Below, in pieces: positions 34,470-44,026 of a DNA stretch of 64,000 nucleotides. Where the stretch lies: IMG/VR virus record IMGVR_UViG_3300022187_000019. One strand, given 5' to 3'. Position numbers and translations under genes: made by a program. The notes under the pieces are model-generated. The model saw nothing but the letters and a program-made list of their open reading frames with translations, was not told the DNA's origin and ran no database searches. This stretch comes from a virus. Taxonomy: Duplodnaviria > Heunggongvirae > Uroviricota > Caudoviricetes. How positions within the stretch are numbered: position 1 is the first letter of the stretch; each line of letters begins with the position of its first letter.

Positions 34470-34989
34470 AAGGATATTGATGGAATGGCTTACCGTTCTT
34501 AGAGTAATTCATAATCTGCTGGGTCCGCCATGCGACCTTAGAGCCGTCCGGCTTAGTGACGATCAGCGTCGAATAGGACCAGACGTGGTTGCCGTGCAGC
34601 ACGGCAGCGGTCACGTCGCCGACCTTGTTGATGAGCTTGAGGATGAAGGCGTCGTATTCGGCCGCCGCCTGTTCCATCTGCTGCGTGATGTAGCGCTGTC
34701 CGCGCTCGGCATCCATGACGACATAGACCGGCCGGGTGCCGTTGTTCGACTGGTAGCCACGCGCCGGGTCCTGCTGCGTGACCGCGTGGAACAGGTTGTG
34801 CTTGACCCGCGCCGCGAAGAACTGGAGGCCGCCACCCAAGTCGCGCGGATAAGGGGCCGCCGCGTTGATGTTCCACTCATGCGCCGCGAGCGCGATGTGG
34901 ACGTTCTTGATCGCTTCCTCGGCCCCTTGCCGGGCGCGCTCGATCGCGTCTGCCCGGAGGGGTTCTACGGCTTGTCGGACGAAGTCCAT
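34444..34989 (-). CDS. hypothetical protein
   Basis: 181 aa, conserved leader. Confidence 0.55.
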   Translation of the reverse strand: MDFVRQAVEPLRADAIERARQGAEEAIKNVHIALAAHEWNINAAAPYPRDLGGGLQFFAARVKHNLFHAVTQQDPARGYQSNNGTRPVYVVMDAERGQRYITQQMEQAAAEYDAFILKLINKVGDVTAAVLHGNHVWSYSTLIVTKPDGSKVAWRTQQIMNYSKNGKPFHQYPSRKVKIAS

Positions 34990-35058
34990 GTCTGTCTCCT
35001 TCGATTAGTCTAGCTTGACCGAAGTAGGTTTGTTGTTCGATTCGGTCAATCTATTTTG
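34990..35058 (-). promoter_or_regulatory. conserved promoter+leader module
   Basis: TTGACC-17-TACTTC...AATCGAAGGAGACAGAC-ATG. Confidence 0.55.
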
Positions 35059-35114
35059 TCATCCTGATATTCCACCTATCGCTGATCAAACTTGTTTGTC
35101 AGCCAGCGGAGGAA

Positions 35115-35396
35115 TCAGTCGGTCGCCCAATCGTCGTAGCGATCAACGGCGGCCTGCACGATCTCCTCGATCTCCTTGTTCATCCGGTCGAGCTTTTCCT
35201 GCACGAACGGGCACAGATAATGGCCCGGCCCGGCCTCCGACTGGACGAGATAAAAGTCGTCGTGGATCGCGAAGATTTCGTTCTCGTATCCGGTGCGCCC
35301 GTTCTCGGTCATGAAGTTCAGGATCATCTCTTCACGAGAGCCGACGGCCGGCATCCACGGCGCGCGAAGTGTTGCGGTCATGCGGATTTCCTGCAT
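35115..35396 (-). CDS. hypothetical protein
   Basis: 93 aa. Confidence 0.45.
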   Translation of the reverse strand: MQEIRMTATLRAPWMPAVGSREEMILNFMTENGRTGYENEIFAIHDDFYLVQSEAGPGHYLCPFVQEKLDRMNKEIEEIVQAAVDRYDDWATD

Positions 35397-35749
35397 CAGT
35401 AAGCCTCCAATCCATAGAAATAGCGCTGCTCGGCCCGAACCTCGGCTTCGTATTCCGCCTCGGCCTGCATCTCTTCACGCCACCGGGCGAGTTGGTCGGC
35501 GTTCATCCGATCGGTGTCGGCGACCTTCACCTTACCCGCACCATCACATGCCTCGCACTGGCGATCATAGACGCCGGCCTTGTAGTCCTCCCACGCGTCC
35601 GGGTCCCAATCGTCGAGGTCCTGCTGGGTCATCGCGCCCAGATGACGCGAGTGCGCGCCGTCGCCGTTGCAGGTGCCGCAGATCACCCACTTGGTGGGGA
35701 GTTCGATGCGGTTCTCGTCCTCATCGTAGAAGTAGGTGATGTTCGCCAT
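35396..35749 (-). CDS. zinc-ribbon protein (CGTCNGDG...CEACDGAG)
   Basis: conserved leader GGAGACAGACA-ATG. Confidence 0.5.
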   Translation of the reverse strand: MANITYFYDEDENRIELPTKWVICGTCNGDGAHSRHLGAMTQQDLDDWDPDAWEDYKAGVYDRQCEACDGAGKVKVADTDRMNADQLARWREEMQAEAEYEAEVRAEQRYFYGLEAY

Positions 35750-35815
35750 TGTCTGTCTCCGGTGTCGCTGTAACACGAATCGGAATAGGACAATTGTTCC
35801 TCTTCGTCAATCGAC
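35750..35815 (-). promoter_or_regulatory. conserved promoter+leader module
   Basis: TTGACG-17-TATTCC-GATTCG...GGAGACAGACA-ATG. Confidence 0.55.
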
Positions 35816-36016
35816 ATTCGCGAGACGATACCGCGTCTGCTGATACACCGGGCGGCTGGGGTCCTGTTCTTTGATCACCTCGCCGGCGCAGACCATCTCC
35901 ATCAAGGGCGATGCCAGTCCCTCCCCGCCGCGCAGGGCAATGTCGGGATAGGTCGCGTCTCCCATCTGCTGGAGGATAGTGGTGATCGCGAGCTTGTCAC
36001 GTTCGCTGTGAGTCAT
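35807..36016 (-). CDS. hypothetical small protein
   Basis: 69 aa. Confidence 0.4.
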   Translation of the reverse strand: MTHSERDKLAITTILQQMGDATYPDIALRGGEGLASPLMEMVCAGEVIKEQDPSRPVYQQTRYRLANVD

Positions 36017-36072
36017 GTTGCTTCCTTTGCGGTGAATGTGATGGCTAATCGCCGCGTGATGTGCGGAGAATA

Positions 36073-36100
36073 AAAAGCCCCGGAGATTGCTCTCCGGGGC
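36073..36100 (-). terminator. rho-independent terminator
   Basis: GCCCCGGAGA-TTGC-TCTCCGGGGC preceded by A5 on the + strand. Confidence 0.65.
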
Positions 36101-36127
36101 TACTCGTTGACGCGGCGAGTGATGCGG

Positions 36128-36523
36128 TCAGTTCGGCAGGATCAGGGTCCACGCGAAGGCGGACGCGAGGACCATGGTCATGAACACGCAGACGATGGTG
36201 AACCGCTTGGCCGCGTCGCTGAAAATCGCGGGGTCCGGCTTGTTCTCAGGCATCTCCCGCATCGCCCCGGCGACCTTGGCGTCCTTCGCGGTCAGCAGGC
36301 TCACGATGAGCGCCGCGCCGATCGCCGTCTTGAACGACAGGGTAGCATAGCCGGCCGGCACGAGAAACCAGTCCCAGATCGTGGTCAGGACGAAGGCCCC
36401 GTAGGCGGCGACGCCCAGCCCGACGATGAAGATCACGACGATCGAGAACAGATCGGTGACGATCTTTCCGATGATGGGGGACAGGCTATCGCCGGTCTCC
36501 GATTCCAGAGTGATGGCGTTCAA
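36128..36523 (-). CDS. membrane protein
   Basis: 131 aa, multiple transmembrane helices. Confidence 0.55.
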   Translation of the reverse strand: MNAITLESETGDSLSPIIGKIVTDLFSIVVIFIVGLGVAAYGAFVLTTIWDWFLVPAGYATLSFKTAIGAALIVSLLTAKDAKVAGAMREMPENKPDPAIFSDAAKRFTIVCVFMTMVLASAFAWTLILPN

Positions 36524-36532
36524 TTCGATCTC

Positions 36533-36853
36533 CTATTTGTCGTGGGCGGTTGAGATGAAGGCGACCAAGTCCTCATAGGGCATGGTGCCGATGCGCGAGC
36601 CGAGCGGCTGGCCGTCCTTCATGAGGAGCAGCGTGGGCGTCCCCTTGATCTGCATCGCGCGGGTGAGCTTGGGGAAAGCTTCGACATCAATGTCGATGAT
36701 GTCCTCATCAGCCAGCCAGCCCTCGTCGAACAGGTGATCGAGAAGGCCGGCGACGACATTGGACGGGCCGCAGAAAGACGAGCGGAAGTTGAGCAGGAAC
36801 GGCCGGGTCGTCGCCGGCAGCACCTGCTCGAAATTGTCGTCAGTCAGCTTCAT
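36533..36853 (-). CDS. thioredoxin-fold protein with monothiol CGPS site
   Basis: about 106 aa from MKLTDDNFEQVL; FCGPS in place of WCGPC. Confidence 0.65.
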   Translation of the reverse strand: MKLTDDNFEQVLPATTRPFLLNFRSSFCGPSNVVAGLLDHLFDEGWLADEDIIDIDVEAFPKLTRAMQIKGTPTLLLMKDGQPLGSRIGTMPYEDLVAFISTAHDK

Positions 36854-37115
36854 TGACGGGCGCTTCCTCGGCGACGGTCGGCGTGAAGTCGCCGCCTGCC
36901 GACCACGAGTGGATCGGGGTGGCAACGCTGGTGACCGGATCGACCTCCAGCAGGACCGCCGCGAACGGCGTCTTGTTCCCGACGACGGTCGGATCGCCAA
37001 GCGCGAAGCGGTTCAGATAGTTGATGGCGGCTTCAAGGCCGGTGCCCCGCCCGGAGGACAGGCTGGTGCCCTCAGCGGTGATGGCAGTCAGGCGATAAGT
37101 GGGCGTCGATTTCAT
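36840..37115 (-). CDS. hypothetical protein
   Basis: 91 aa. Confidence 0.4.
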   Translation of the reverse strand: MKSTPTYRLTAITAEGTSLSSGRGTGLEAAINYLNRFALGDPTVVGNKTPFAAVLLEVDPVTSVATPIHSWSAGGDFTPTVAEEAPVNEAD

Positions 37116-37129
37116 GGTGGTTCCTTGTG

Positions 37130-37504
37130 TCAGTCGATTTCGGAATGACCGATGTCTCGGCCGGCGATGGCGTCCTGCAACGCCATGATGTCGTCGCTGG
37201 GCGTGTATTCACTCCAAGCGGCGTGATAGCTCTCGTAGAAGTCGCCGATGCGGGCGGCCTCGAACCCGGCGCGGAATGCCTCTTCGTTCGACTGGACGGC
37301 GAAGTCGCTCAGGCGGCCGGAGTTGGCGACCATGTCGGAGTCATCGGTGGCGACCACCGAGATATGCGTCATGTCGAGCGCGACCATGTTCAGGCCGCCG
37401 GCCATGGTGATGATCTCGCGATCGTAGCCAGCCTCTTCCAAAGCCATGGCCATGATGTCCCACGCAGCGCGCGGGATACCCATGATCGCCGTGGTGTAGG
37501 TCAA
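37130..37504 (-). CDS. hypothetical protein (TTG start, TTGA coupling)
   Basis: RBS GAGGAGAT inside the upstream gene's 3' end. Confidence 0.4.
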   Translation of the reverse strand: MTYTTAIMGIPRAAWDIMAMALEEAGYDREIITMAGGLNMVALDMTHISVVATDDSDMVANSGRLSDFAVQSNEEAFRAGFEAARIGDFYESYHAAWSEYTPSDDIMALQDAIAGRDIGHSEID

Positions 37505-37740
37505 AGCCTGATCTCCTCGATCTGGGCCGGCGTCGCCGCGCGTGCCCATTCGACGATCTGCCACATGGTCAGCGCCAGTTCGGGGTCGATCCGAAACTCG
37601 TGCGTCTCGCTGTAAGTGTAGAGCGCTTCGGACAGCGCACGGTTCGACTGCGCCACCGCCGGGACCGGCAGACCGGCCTCCAAGGTGTTGTAGCGGGCGC
37701 GCGGCGTGTTCTGCTCGTCGTCTTCGAGATCAAAAGGCAT
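37501..37740 (-). CDS. hypothetical protein
   Basis: 79 aa. Confidence 0.45.
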   Translation of the reverse strand: MPFDLEDDEQNTPRARYNTLEAGLPVPAVAQSNRALSEALYTYSETHEFRIDPELALTMWQIVEWARAATPAQIEEIRL

Positions 37741-37799
37741 TAAGGCTGTCTCCGAGTGATTCTTGATTGCCTGTTAGTAGGCTTGGACCTGACTCGATG

Positions 37800-38036
37800 T
37801 CAAGCCATAATGTCGGTGTCAGCCACGGTCTTCGCCATCAGCGCCTTGAGGTCTTCGATCTCGACCTCGTAGGCGGCGATCGCCCCGGTGAGGATGTGCT
37901 TGTTCTTGCGCTGCCACCACGGCAGGCTGGCACGGGATTCCCGCAGCGCTTTCAACTGCGCCCCAAGCCGGTGGAGCAGACCGACGGACGGGAGAACCAT
38001 ACCGGGATAGGAGGGCGTGGGGGACTGAACGATCAA
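37800..38036 (-). CDS. hypothetical protein
   Basis: 78 aa. Confidence 0.4.
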   Translation of the reverse strand: MIVQSPTPSYPGMVLPSVGLLHRLGAQLKALRESRASLPWWQRKNKHILTGAIAAYEVEIEDLKALMAKTVADTDIMA

Positions 38037-38275
38037 TTCTCGATCCTCTCGAAATAGTAGCCGCTCCGCGTGTGGACGCTGGGGTAGGCGGTCGTGATGT
38101 AACGCTCATCGAAATCCTTGGCCGGATCGTAGGTCGCCACATCGACCGGGCCGTTATGCTTCTTGGCGAAGCGGCCGGCCTTGGCGCGGGCATGGACCTT
38201 CTCCTCGAAACCCATGACTTCGGAGGCGATGAGTTCCAGCTTCTCGCTGTAGATGTCGAACTGATAGAGCGCCAT
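38033..38275 (-). CDS. hypothetical protein
   Basis: about 80 aa from MALYQFDIYS; RBS AAGGGGA. Confidence 0.45.
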   Translation of the reverse strand: MALYQFDIYSEKLELIASEVMGFEEKVHARAKAGRFAKKHNGPVDVATYDPAKDFDERYITTAYPSVHTRSGYYFERIEN

Positions 38276-38276
38276 G

Positions 38277-38468
38277 TCAGGTCCCCTTCTTCGCGAGAGC
38301 GGCGAGGTCGGCCACCTTATCGCCCAGCGCATAGGAAGCGCCGGTCGTGACGCCCCGCTCTATGAGGTTGTGGTGGACGTGCTTGAGATCGTCCTCGAAC
38401 TCGGAGATGTGGAAATCCCAATCGAGGGCGTTCTGCGGGTCGCGGAAGACGGTGATGTAGCGCGCCAT
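38277..38468 (-). CDS. hypothetical protein
   Basis: 63 aa. Confidence 0.4.
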   Translation of the reverse strand: MARYITVFRDPQNALDWDFHISEFEDDLKHVHHNLIERGVTTGASYALGDKVADLAALAKKGT

Positions 38469-38469
38469 A

Positions 38470-38652
38470 TCAGCCGACCATGTTCACGTCGCGGGCGACG
38501 TAGCCGGCGCGCTCGGCGATGCGAGCAGCCTGATCGCGGTTCGTCGCTCGGACCAGCACATCCGTGATCGTCTTGGGGTCCTTGCCGTCCCAGACGCCGA
38601 CGCCATAGGCGTGTGGCGCTTTCGATTCCGGGTTCAGTTCAATCATGGTCAT
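38470..38652 (-). CDS. hypothetical protein
   Basis: 60 aa, conserved leader. Confidence 0.45.
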   Translation of the reverse strand: MTMIELNPESKAPHAYGVGVWDGKDPKTITDVLVRATNRDQAARIAERAGYVARDVNMVG

Positions 38653-38720
38653 CGCCTGTCTCCTCAGCCGTTGTTACACGAATCGGATTAAGCCGGATGA
38701 CCGATTCGGTCAAGCACTTT
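38653..38720 (-). promoter_or_regulatory. conserved promoter+leader module
   Basis: GTGCTTGACCGAATCGGTC-...-TAATCC-GATTCG...GAGGAGACAGGCG-ATG. Confidence 0.55.
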
Positions 38721-38726
38721 ATCCAC

Positions 38727-39014
38727 TTACGCCCTACATTTGCAGGTAGTTTCCTCGGTGCGCTCCATGTCGCGGATGCGGTTCAGCAGCGTGTCGCGAT
38801 AGCCTTTGTCATAGGCATCGCCGGAGGAGAACATGAAGCTCTCCTCGTAGAAATGCTCGATCGCCGTCCGGTTGTCCCAATTATGCTGCAACAGTTCCTT
38901 GGCGGAATCCACGCCCCGGAAATATTTGACCTGTGCTGCCTCTGGCCAAAAGGACCAGACAAGCGCGATCAGGCCCGCGCCGATGGCGAAGGATGTGATG
39001 CTAAAGTCGATCAT
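38727..39014 (-). CDS. membrane-anchored hypothetical protein
   Basis: 95 aa. Confidence 0.4.
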   Translation of the reverse strand: MIDFSITSFAIGAGLIALVWSFWPEAAQVKYFRGVDSAKELLQHNWDNRTAIEHFYEESFMFSSGDAYDKGYRDTLLNRIRDMERTEETTCKCRA

Positions 39015-39026
39015 TCGTCGTCCTTA

Positions 39027-39470
39027 CTAAGCGGCTCTACGCGCTCTTTGTAAATCCCGCGCGCAAGTCTTGCAGCGTCTATGGCCTTTGCGGTCGATAT
39101 GCAGGTTGCTTCCTGCATACTCATGACCAGCGGGGCAGTGAGTTACGGTCGAATACCGGATCGCTGAGACTTTATCGAGATTGCCTCTGGTGACATTCTC
39201 TTGGTGTGTCACATCTTCTAAACAGGCTGGACGACAGCACAGAGTTTTCTCACAATTGTGATCCCACTCTGGAGGTGTTCCCTTCCCGGCAAGGAAGGCT
39301 GTCAGACGATGGACGCGCCACGTCTTGCCCTTGTATTTTATAGTCCCATATCCTCGGTCAGAGGCGGAACCCGGCCATATCCAGCACCCATCATCATCCT
39401 TCTCACAGTGGCTTTCAATCCATGCGAGAAGTTCAAGACCATCTATCCCTCTCTTGCGGTAGGAGATCAC
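39027..39470 (-). mobile_element. free-standing HNH homing endonuclease gene
   Basis: 147 aa; VHRLTAF...DHNCE...CCRPACL...THQEN; lower-GC patch. Confidence 0.7.
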
Positions 39471-40168
39471 GCGTCGCCTTTGTCAGGTAAAGCGATTGGA
39501 GGAGGGGAATGTCCGGTTCCGTCGGTCAAAGCAGCGATCCCGGCGCGCTGGAAGAGGCTGGTTGCATAGCCATGGATTTCCACCTTGGCCCGTTCCAGTT
39601 CCTTCTCCATATGCTCACCGAACTGGTTGGCGACGAACGGCGCGGCGTCGCTGATCTTGCGATGGGCCGTGATGATCCGGGCCTTCATCCGATCAGCCTT
39701 GGCTTTCGACAGGCCCAGCGTGCCCACCTCTTCCAGTGCTTCCTTGAGCGCCTGAATGGCTTCGTCGAAGTCTTCCTGAAACTCTTTGCCGAACTGGTCG
39801 GCACGCGCCTCGGGCATGGGCAGGCCGGGGATCACCCCCTTCCCTTCCTGCCATGTCAGCGTGCAGGGCACGCCGCTACCGATGTTCATCGACGAGACGA
39901 ACGAGGACCATTGCGCTTCACTCATCGCCAGTTCGATGATCTGCTTGCGGCCGAAGTGCCAGTCGTTCGACAGGGTGCGGTTAAGCTCGCTCGCCGTCAC
40001 GGTGATCGTGATGTAATTCTGGTGGACGAAGTCCGAGCCGTAGAGGACGGTCTGACCGCTGACGCGTGATGCGACGATCTGCGCGAACGACGGGTGCCGG
40101 GTCTTCGTCCCACCGAGCGGGCCGTCCTGTTCGATGGTGATGGGGTCTTCGATTTCGCGTGCCATCAA
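39467..40168 (-). CDS. hypothetical protein
   Basis: 233 aa. Confidence 0.55.
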   Translation of the reverse strand: MMAREIEDPITIEQDGPLGGTKTRHPSFAQIVASRVSGQTVLYGSDFVHQNYITITVTASELNRTLSNDWHFGRKQIIELAMSEAQWSSFVSSMNIGSGVPCTLTWQEGKGVIPGLPMPEARADQFGKEFQEDFDEAIQALKEALEEVGTLGLSKAKADRMKARIITAHRKISDAAPFVANQFGEHMEKELERAKVEIHGYATSLFQRAGIAALTDGTGHSPPPIALPDKGDA

Positions 40169-40824
40169 GCTTCCTCCACCAGCTTCCAGCCGGTATTTTC
40201 GTGTAGGGGATCACCGGCAAAGGCAGTCTCGACATTGAGACCCGGTTTGCCATCTTTCTTGAGCAGGCGGACGAACGAGGTGCCCATGTTCGGTAGGCTC
40301 CAGTTGCCCCGATTTGCCGGCAAGTTGGTGTCGGCGCGGCGCGTTTCGATTAGGCCGAAGACGACCTCCTCGCGCTTACCCATACGGCCGGCACGGATCG
40401 TCTTGTAGACCTTCTTACCTTCGTGCGGGTGGCCCACGATCGCGCGCTGTTCCGCCCATTTCTCCTCGCGATAAAGGGCCTGCGCCTGATCGCTCAGTAG
40501 GTTCAGTTCGGCCTTCTGCTCAGCAGCGATCTCCGCTTTCAGGGCGGCGATGCGGCGGTCGGCTTCCGCCTTGAGTTCACCCTGCCGGGCTTGGATCACC
40601 TTCTGCGCGGTGGTGATCACGCTGATCGCGCGCGGAAGGGTGTCAGATACCCGGAATGGCGCGACGGAGGCCAGCATGATAATGGACCCATCTTCCTTGG
40701 TGAAGAGCTTCCCATCCTTGCGGCTGATCAGATAGACCTCACCGTAGGTCGATTGCGAGACCTCTACGATCTCGACTTCGGTGCTGTGGGGCGCGTCGTG
40801 GACTGCTTCGGTGAGGTATACCAT
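40165..40824 (-). CDS. hypothetical protein
   Basis: 219 aa, conserved leader. Confidence 0.55.
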   Translation of the reverse strand: MVYLTEAVHDAPHSTEVEIVEVSQSTYGEVYLISRKDGKLFTKEDGSIIMLASVAPFRVSDTLPRAISVITTAQKVIQARQGELKAEADRRIAALKAEIAAEQKAELNLLSDQAQALYREEKWAEQRAIVGHPHEGKKVYKTIRAGRMGKREEVVFGLIETRRADTNLPANRGNWSLPNMGTSFVRLLKKDGKPGLNVETAFAGDPLHENTGWKLVEEA

Positions 40825-40890
40825 TGTCTGTCTCCAAGTTCGTTGCTTCGCGAATCGGAATAGGACAATACTTCCTCCACGTCAACGGTG
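40825..40890 (-). promoter_or_regulatory. conserved promoter+leader module
   Basis: TTGACG-17-TATTCC-GATTCG...GGAGACAGACA-ATG. Confidence 0.55.
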
Positions 40891-41124
40891 ATTCACACCG
40901 TTCACCGATTCATCCACCATCCGGGCAGCGTCAAGCTGGGCGACCCGGTCGAACAGATTGTTCATCCGCTCCAACCGGGTCTGCGGCGTGTTCCCCAGAT
41001 GCCAATGCCGGCACTTGGGACAGAAGTAAGGCACCAACCGGCCGGTCCTGCTCTGGACGTTGAGGAGCGCCTTATGAGCGCTCCGCTTTCCCCGGTGCAT
41101 TACCTTGCCGGTCGGGCATCCCAT
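40882..41124 (-). CDS. small zinc-ribbon protein
   Basis: about 80 aa; CPKCRHWH. Confidence 0.4.
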   Translation of the reverse strand: MGCPTGKVMHRGKRSAHKALLNVQSRTGRLVPYFCPKCRHWHLGNTPQTRLERMNNLFDRVAQLDAARMVDESVNGVNHR

Positions 41125-41420
41125 CAGAGCGCTTCTATCATCTGCTGGATGAAGGCGTCGCGCTCCTTGCTGTCCACGTCGTAGACTTCGGGATAGTCCG
41201 GGTCTTCCTCGTCGATCGTGCCTTTGATGCAGCCGTTCTTCACCAGCACGAAGTCGAGGCACATTTCCCAGCCGCTGTTGCCGAACGGGCGCTTGCCGGA
41301 GAAGCTTTCGCCTTCCTCCCACAGCGTCGCCAGTTGCAGCTTGAAATAGTCGGCGATCGAGGTTTCTTCGTAGTTGTCCTGATCGAAGAAGATCAGGTTC
41401 AGGGCTTCATCGGGACGCAT
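41124..41420 (-). CDS. hypothetical protein
   Basis: 98 aa. Confidence 0.45.
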   Translation of the reverse strand: MRPDEALNLIFFDQDNYEETSIADYFKLQLATLWEEGESFSGKRPFGNSGWEMCLDFVLVKNGCIKGTIDEEDPDYPEVYDVDSKERDAFIQQMIEAL

Positions 41421-41576
41421 TGTTCAGTTGTCTTTCTTTGATGATGATGGCCGGGTCCCACGAGGGCGGGAGCAGGATCAGGGTGATACAGACGGCGATG
41501 AGAGCCACGCCGATGGACTCGCCGACATAGATGGCCAACAGGAAAGCAGTGGCGAGCAAAGCCAACCCCTTGAGCA

Positions 41577-42206
41577 TCAGAGACCGAGGGCCGCGAAAGC
41601 CTGCTTCACATAAGGCTTCGACAGGATGTGCGCGGAAGCCGACGTGCCGGAGACGCGGGTGGTGTGGTAGGCGTCGATGATCCGGTCGATCAGCGCGGCC
41701 TTGGCCAAGGTGATGTCCGCTGTCCCCGGACGGAGGTCAGGACGGTGTGCCCACAAAGCTTCGAGCGAGGTGGCCGCATCCGCGTGGTCGATCCAGACGC
41801 CGCCGGCCGCGATCCACTTCGAGCGGTGCTTGGGCGTGTCGTCGATCAGGATGTCGCCCGGCTGGCAATATTGCGCCTTCTTGGCCGACAGGCAGGTGAT
41901 GACCTTGACGTTGGGGAAATGGGCGGCGGCCCATCGGCGCTTCTGGATGTCCGCCCAGCCGCCCTTGGGCATACCGGTCAGGATGATCGGCCGCAGGTGC
42001 TTGACGCCTTCATACAGCGTCAGCGCGTCCCGCATCAGCGGAAGGGTGCCGAAGAAGTCGGGATGGCCTTCGATCTCTTCCCAGAAACGGGTGGAGCCAT
42101 AGCGCTTCTCATAGTCGGCGCTGAGCATTCCCCAATGCTCCTCGAAGCCGCGATCGAAATCCGCGAGCACGCCGTCGCAGTCGAGATAGATGGTCGGCTG
42201 GCGCAT
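41577..42206 (-). CDS. HAD-family 5'(3')-deoxyribonucleotidase (NT5C-like)
   Basis: 209 aa; IYLDCDGVLADF. Confidence 0.7.
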   Translation of the reverse strand: MRQPTIYLDCDGVLADFDRGFEEHWGMLSADYEKRYGSTRFWEEIEGHPDFFGTLPLMRDALTLYEGVKHLRPIILTGMPKGGWADIQKRRWAAAHFPNVKVITCLSAKKAQYCQPGDILIDDTPKHRSKWIAAGGVWIDHADAATSLEALWAHRPDLRPGTADITLAKAALIDRIIDAYHTTRVSGTSASAHILSKPYVKQAFAALGL

Positions 42207-42667
42207 CAGTTGAATCCTTCACGGTCGATGTGGTTGATGGCGGGTTCACGGGTCCGGTCCGGTTCCTTGCCCCAGCGATCCCGGATGTTGGCGAGGCGCT
42301 TGGATGCGGTCTCGACGGCGTCGCCATAGACCCGCTCCACATAGTCGTGGGTGAAGTGGATGGTGCCGTCTGTCTGCGGGTAGGCGCGGAGCAGATCGCG
42401 GTCGGGGTCCGGGCGATCGACGATCAGAAGGACGTTCCGGTAGGAGTGATGATTGGGCGAACCAACGACTTCCAGACCACGCCTCTTGAGTTCATAGGCG
42501 TAGATCATCCGCGTCTTGTTACCACCGCAGACGACGACATCGCCCGGCTGGACCTGCTCCACGGTCCGGGTGGTCCGGCCGGTTTTGCGGTTGGTGTTTT
42601 CGAGGGTCCGCATGAAGGAGCGGACAGCCGCGCCGACGCCAAATATGTCGTAATATGGGAGGGTCAT
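42206..42667 (-). CDS. hypothetical protein
   Basis: 153 aa. Confidence 0.45.
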   Translation of the reverse strand: MTLPYYDIFGVGAAVRSFMRTLENTNRKTGRTTRTVEQVQPGDVVVCGGNKTRMIYAYELKRRGLEVVGSPNHHSYRNVLLIVDRPDPDRDLLRAYPQTDGTIHFTHDYVERVYGDAVETASKRLANIRDRWGKEPDRTREPAINHIDREGFN

Positions 42668-43125
42668 TTCTTGTCCCGTTCGCGCGGATAGAGGATGCGG
42701 CGGAGAGCGCCGAGCATTTCGCAGGCGCGGTCGTAATCGGAATGGATGATCTGCCCGTCGAGCAGTTCGTGATACATTTCCCGGACGAGGTCGAAGTCCG
42801 CGCGCTCAGGCCAGCCGGCGATGTCCTTGAGGGTATCCCCCATCATCGCGGCGACGGCGCAATGCGTCTTGTTGCCTCCGTAGGTCGTGATGTGTTCGCC
42901 GTTGATTTCGTCGTCGGGATTGGCGATCCGACGCGCCATGATGACGACCTGATCGTAGCCATAGTCCTTGGCGATCCGTTCGGCCGCCGAGATCGGGATG
43001 GGTTTCATCTTCCGGGGCTTCTCAGCGATGGGCGTGACGCCGGCCGCGATCTCTTCCTTGCAGCGAGAGCACTTCATGCACCCGGTGCCGAGGGCGATCG
43101 AACCCTTGCAATATATGTCGGTCAT
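42664..43125 (-). CDS. hypothetical Cys-cluster protein
   Basis: about 153 aa from MTDIYCKGS. Confidence 0.45.
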   Translation of the reverse strand: MTDIYCKGSIALGTGCMKCSRCKEEIAAGVTPIAEKPRKMKPIPISAAERIAKDYGYDQVVIMARRIANPDDEINGEHITTYGGNKTHCAVAAMMGDTLKDIAGWPERADFDLVREMYHELLDGQIIHSDYDRACEMLGALRRILYPRERDKK

Positions 43126-43177
43126 GATGTGCTCCCGAGGAAGCGGCGAGGCGTCGGGCACCTCGCCGCTTCGGCCC

Positions 43178-43969
43178 TTACTTGGCGGTGTAGAGCGCCT
43201 GTCCGCCGACGATCAGGGTGCATTTGCCACCGTCGGCGCAGCTTTCCTTGATGGCCTTGACCCGCTCCAGTTCGACGAACTGGTCCGGGCTGAGGTTCAT
43301 CTGGGTGCGGTAGGCGTTGTCCGCCTCGGCGCGGGCCAACTCGCGGGCCTTGCGGGTCACTTCGGCCTTCTGGCCGGCGGCCTCGGTCTCGGCGCGCTGC
43401 TGCTCCTGCGCCGTCTTCACGCGCTGGTCCTTGACCGACGGGGGCGGATTGGCCTTGCCGACGGTGCTGCGGCCGACGGCCAGCGGCAGGCCCTTCTCGG
43501 CGATATATTTCTTGAGTTCGGCGTTGATCACCCGGTCGATGTTGTCGATCGCCGTGGTGTCGATCGCGACCTCGGTCATCGGGTGCTTGCGGACTTCCTG
43601 ACGGATCAGGCTTCCGTAGACGCTCTGGATGTTGTTCTCGAACCACTTGGGGCCGAACTTCTCGACCAGCTTGACCGAGTCCGTGATGGTCAGGACCAGC
43701 GTCGCGTCGAAGTGCATCGGCACGCCGTCCTTGGTCATGAGGTCGTCGAACGAGACCTTATATTCCTTGGGGAACATATCGACATAGATCGCGTCGGTCG
43801 TGAACGCCGTGTATGCCTTGCCGGTCTTCACCGGGGTATCAACGACGCCGCCGTGGCCGAAGAACATGGGCTTCTGCACGAGGACGGCTTCCTGACCCGG
43901 ATCGGGCGAAGCGACGCCGCAGGCGCTCAGGCCCAGAACCATGGCAAATGCGAGAGCGATTTTCTTCAA
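43178..43969 (-). CDS. SPFH/band-7-like lipoprotein
   Basis: TTG start after GGAGG; lipobox LGLSAC; SPFH-like core. Confidence 0.55.
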   Translation of the reverse strand: MKKIALAFAMVLGLSACGVASPDPGQEAVLVQKPMFFGHGGVVDTPVKTGKAYTAFTTDAIYVDMFPKEYKVSFDDLMTKDGVPMHFDATLVLTITDSVKLVEKFGPKWFENNIQSVYGSLIRQEVRKHPMTEVAIDTTAIDNIDRVINAELKKYIAEKGLPLAVGRSTVGKANPPPSVKDQRVKTAQEQQRAETEAAGQKAEVTRKARELARAEADNAYRTQMNLSPDQFVELERVKAIKESCADGGKCTLIVGGQALYTAK

Positions 43970-44026
43970 AAGTTACCTCCTGTTTTGTTTGGGATGACTG
44001 CCTGTTAAGTGAGACTGTCGGTGCCG

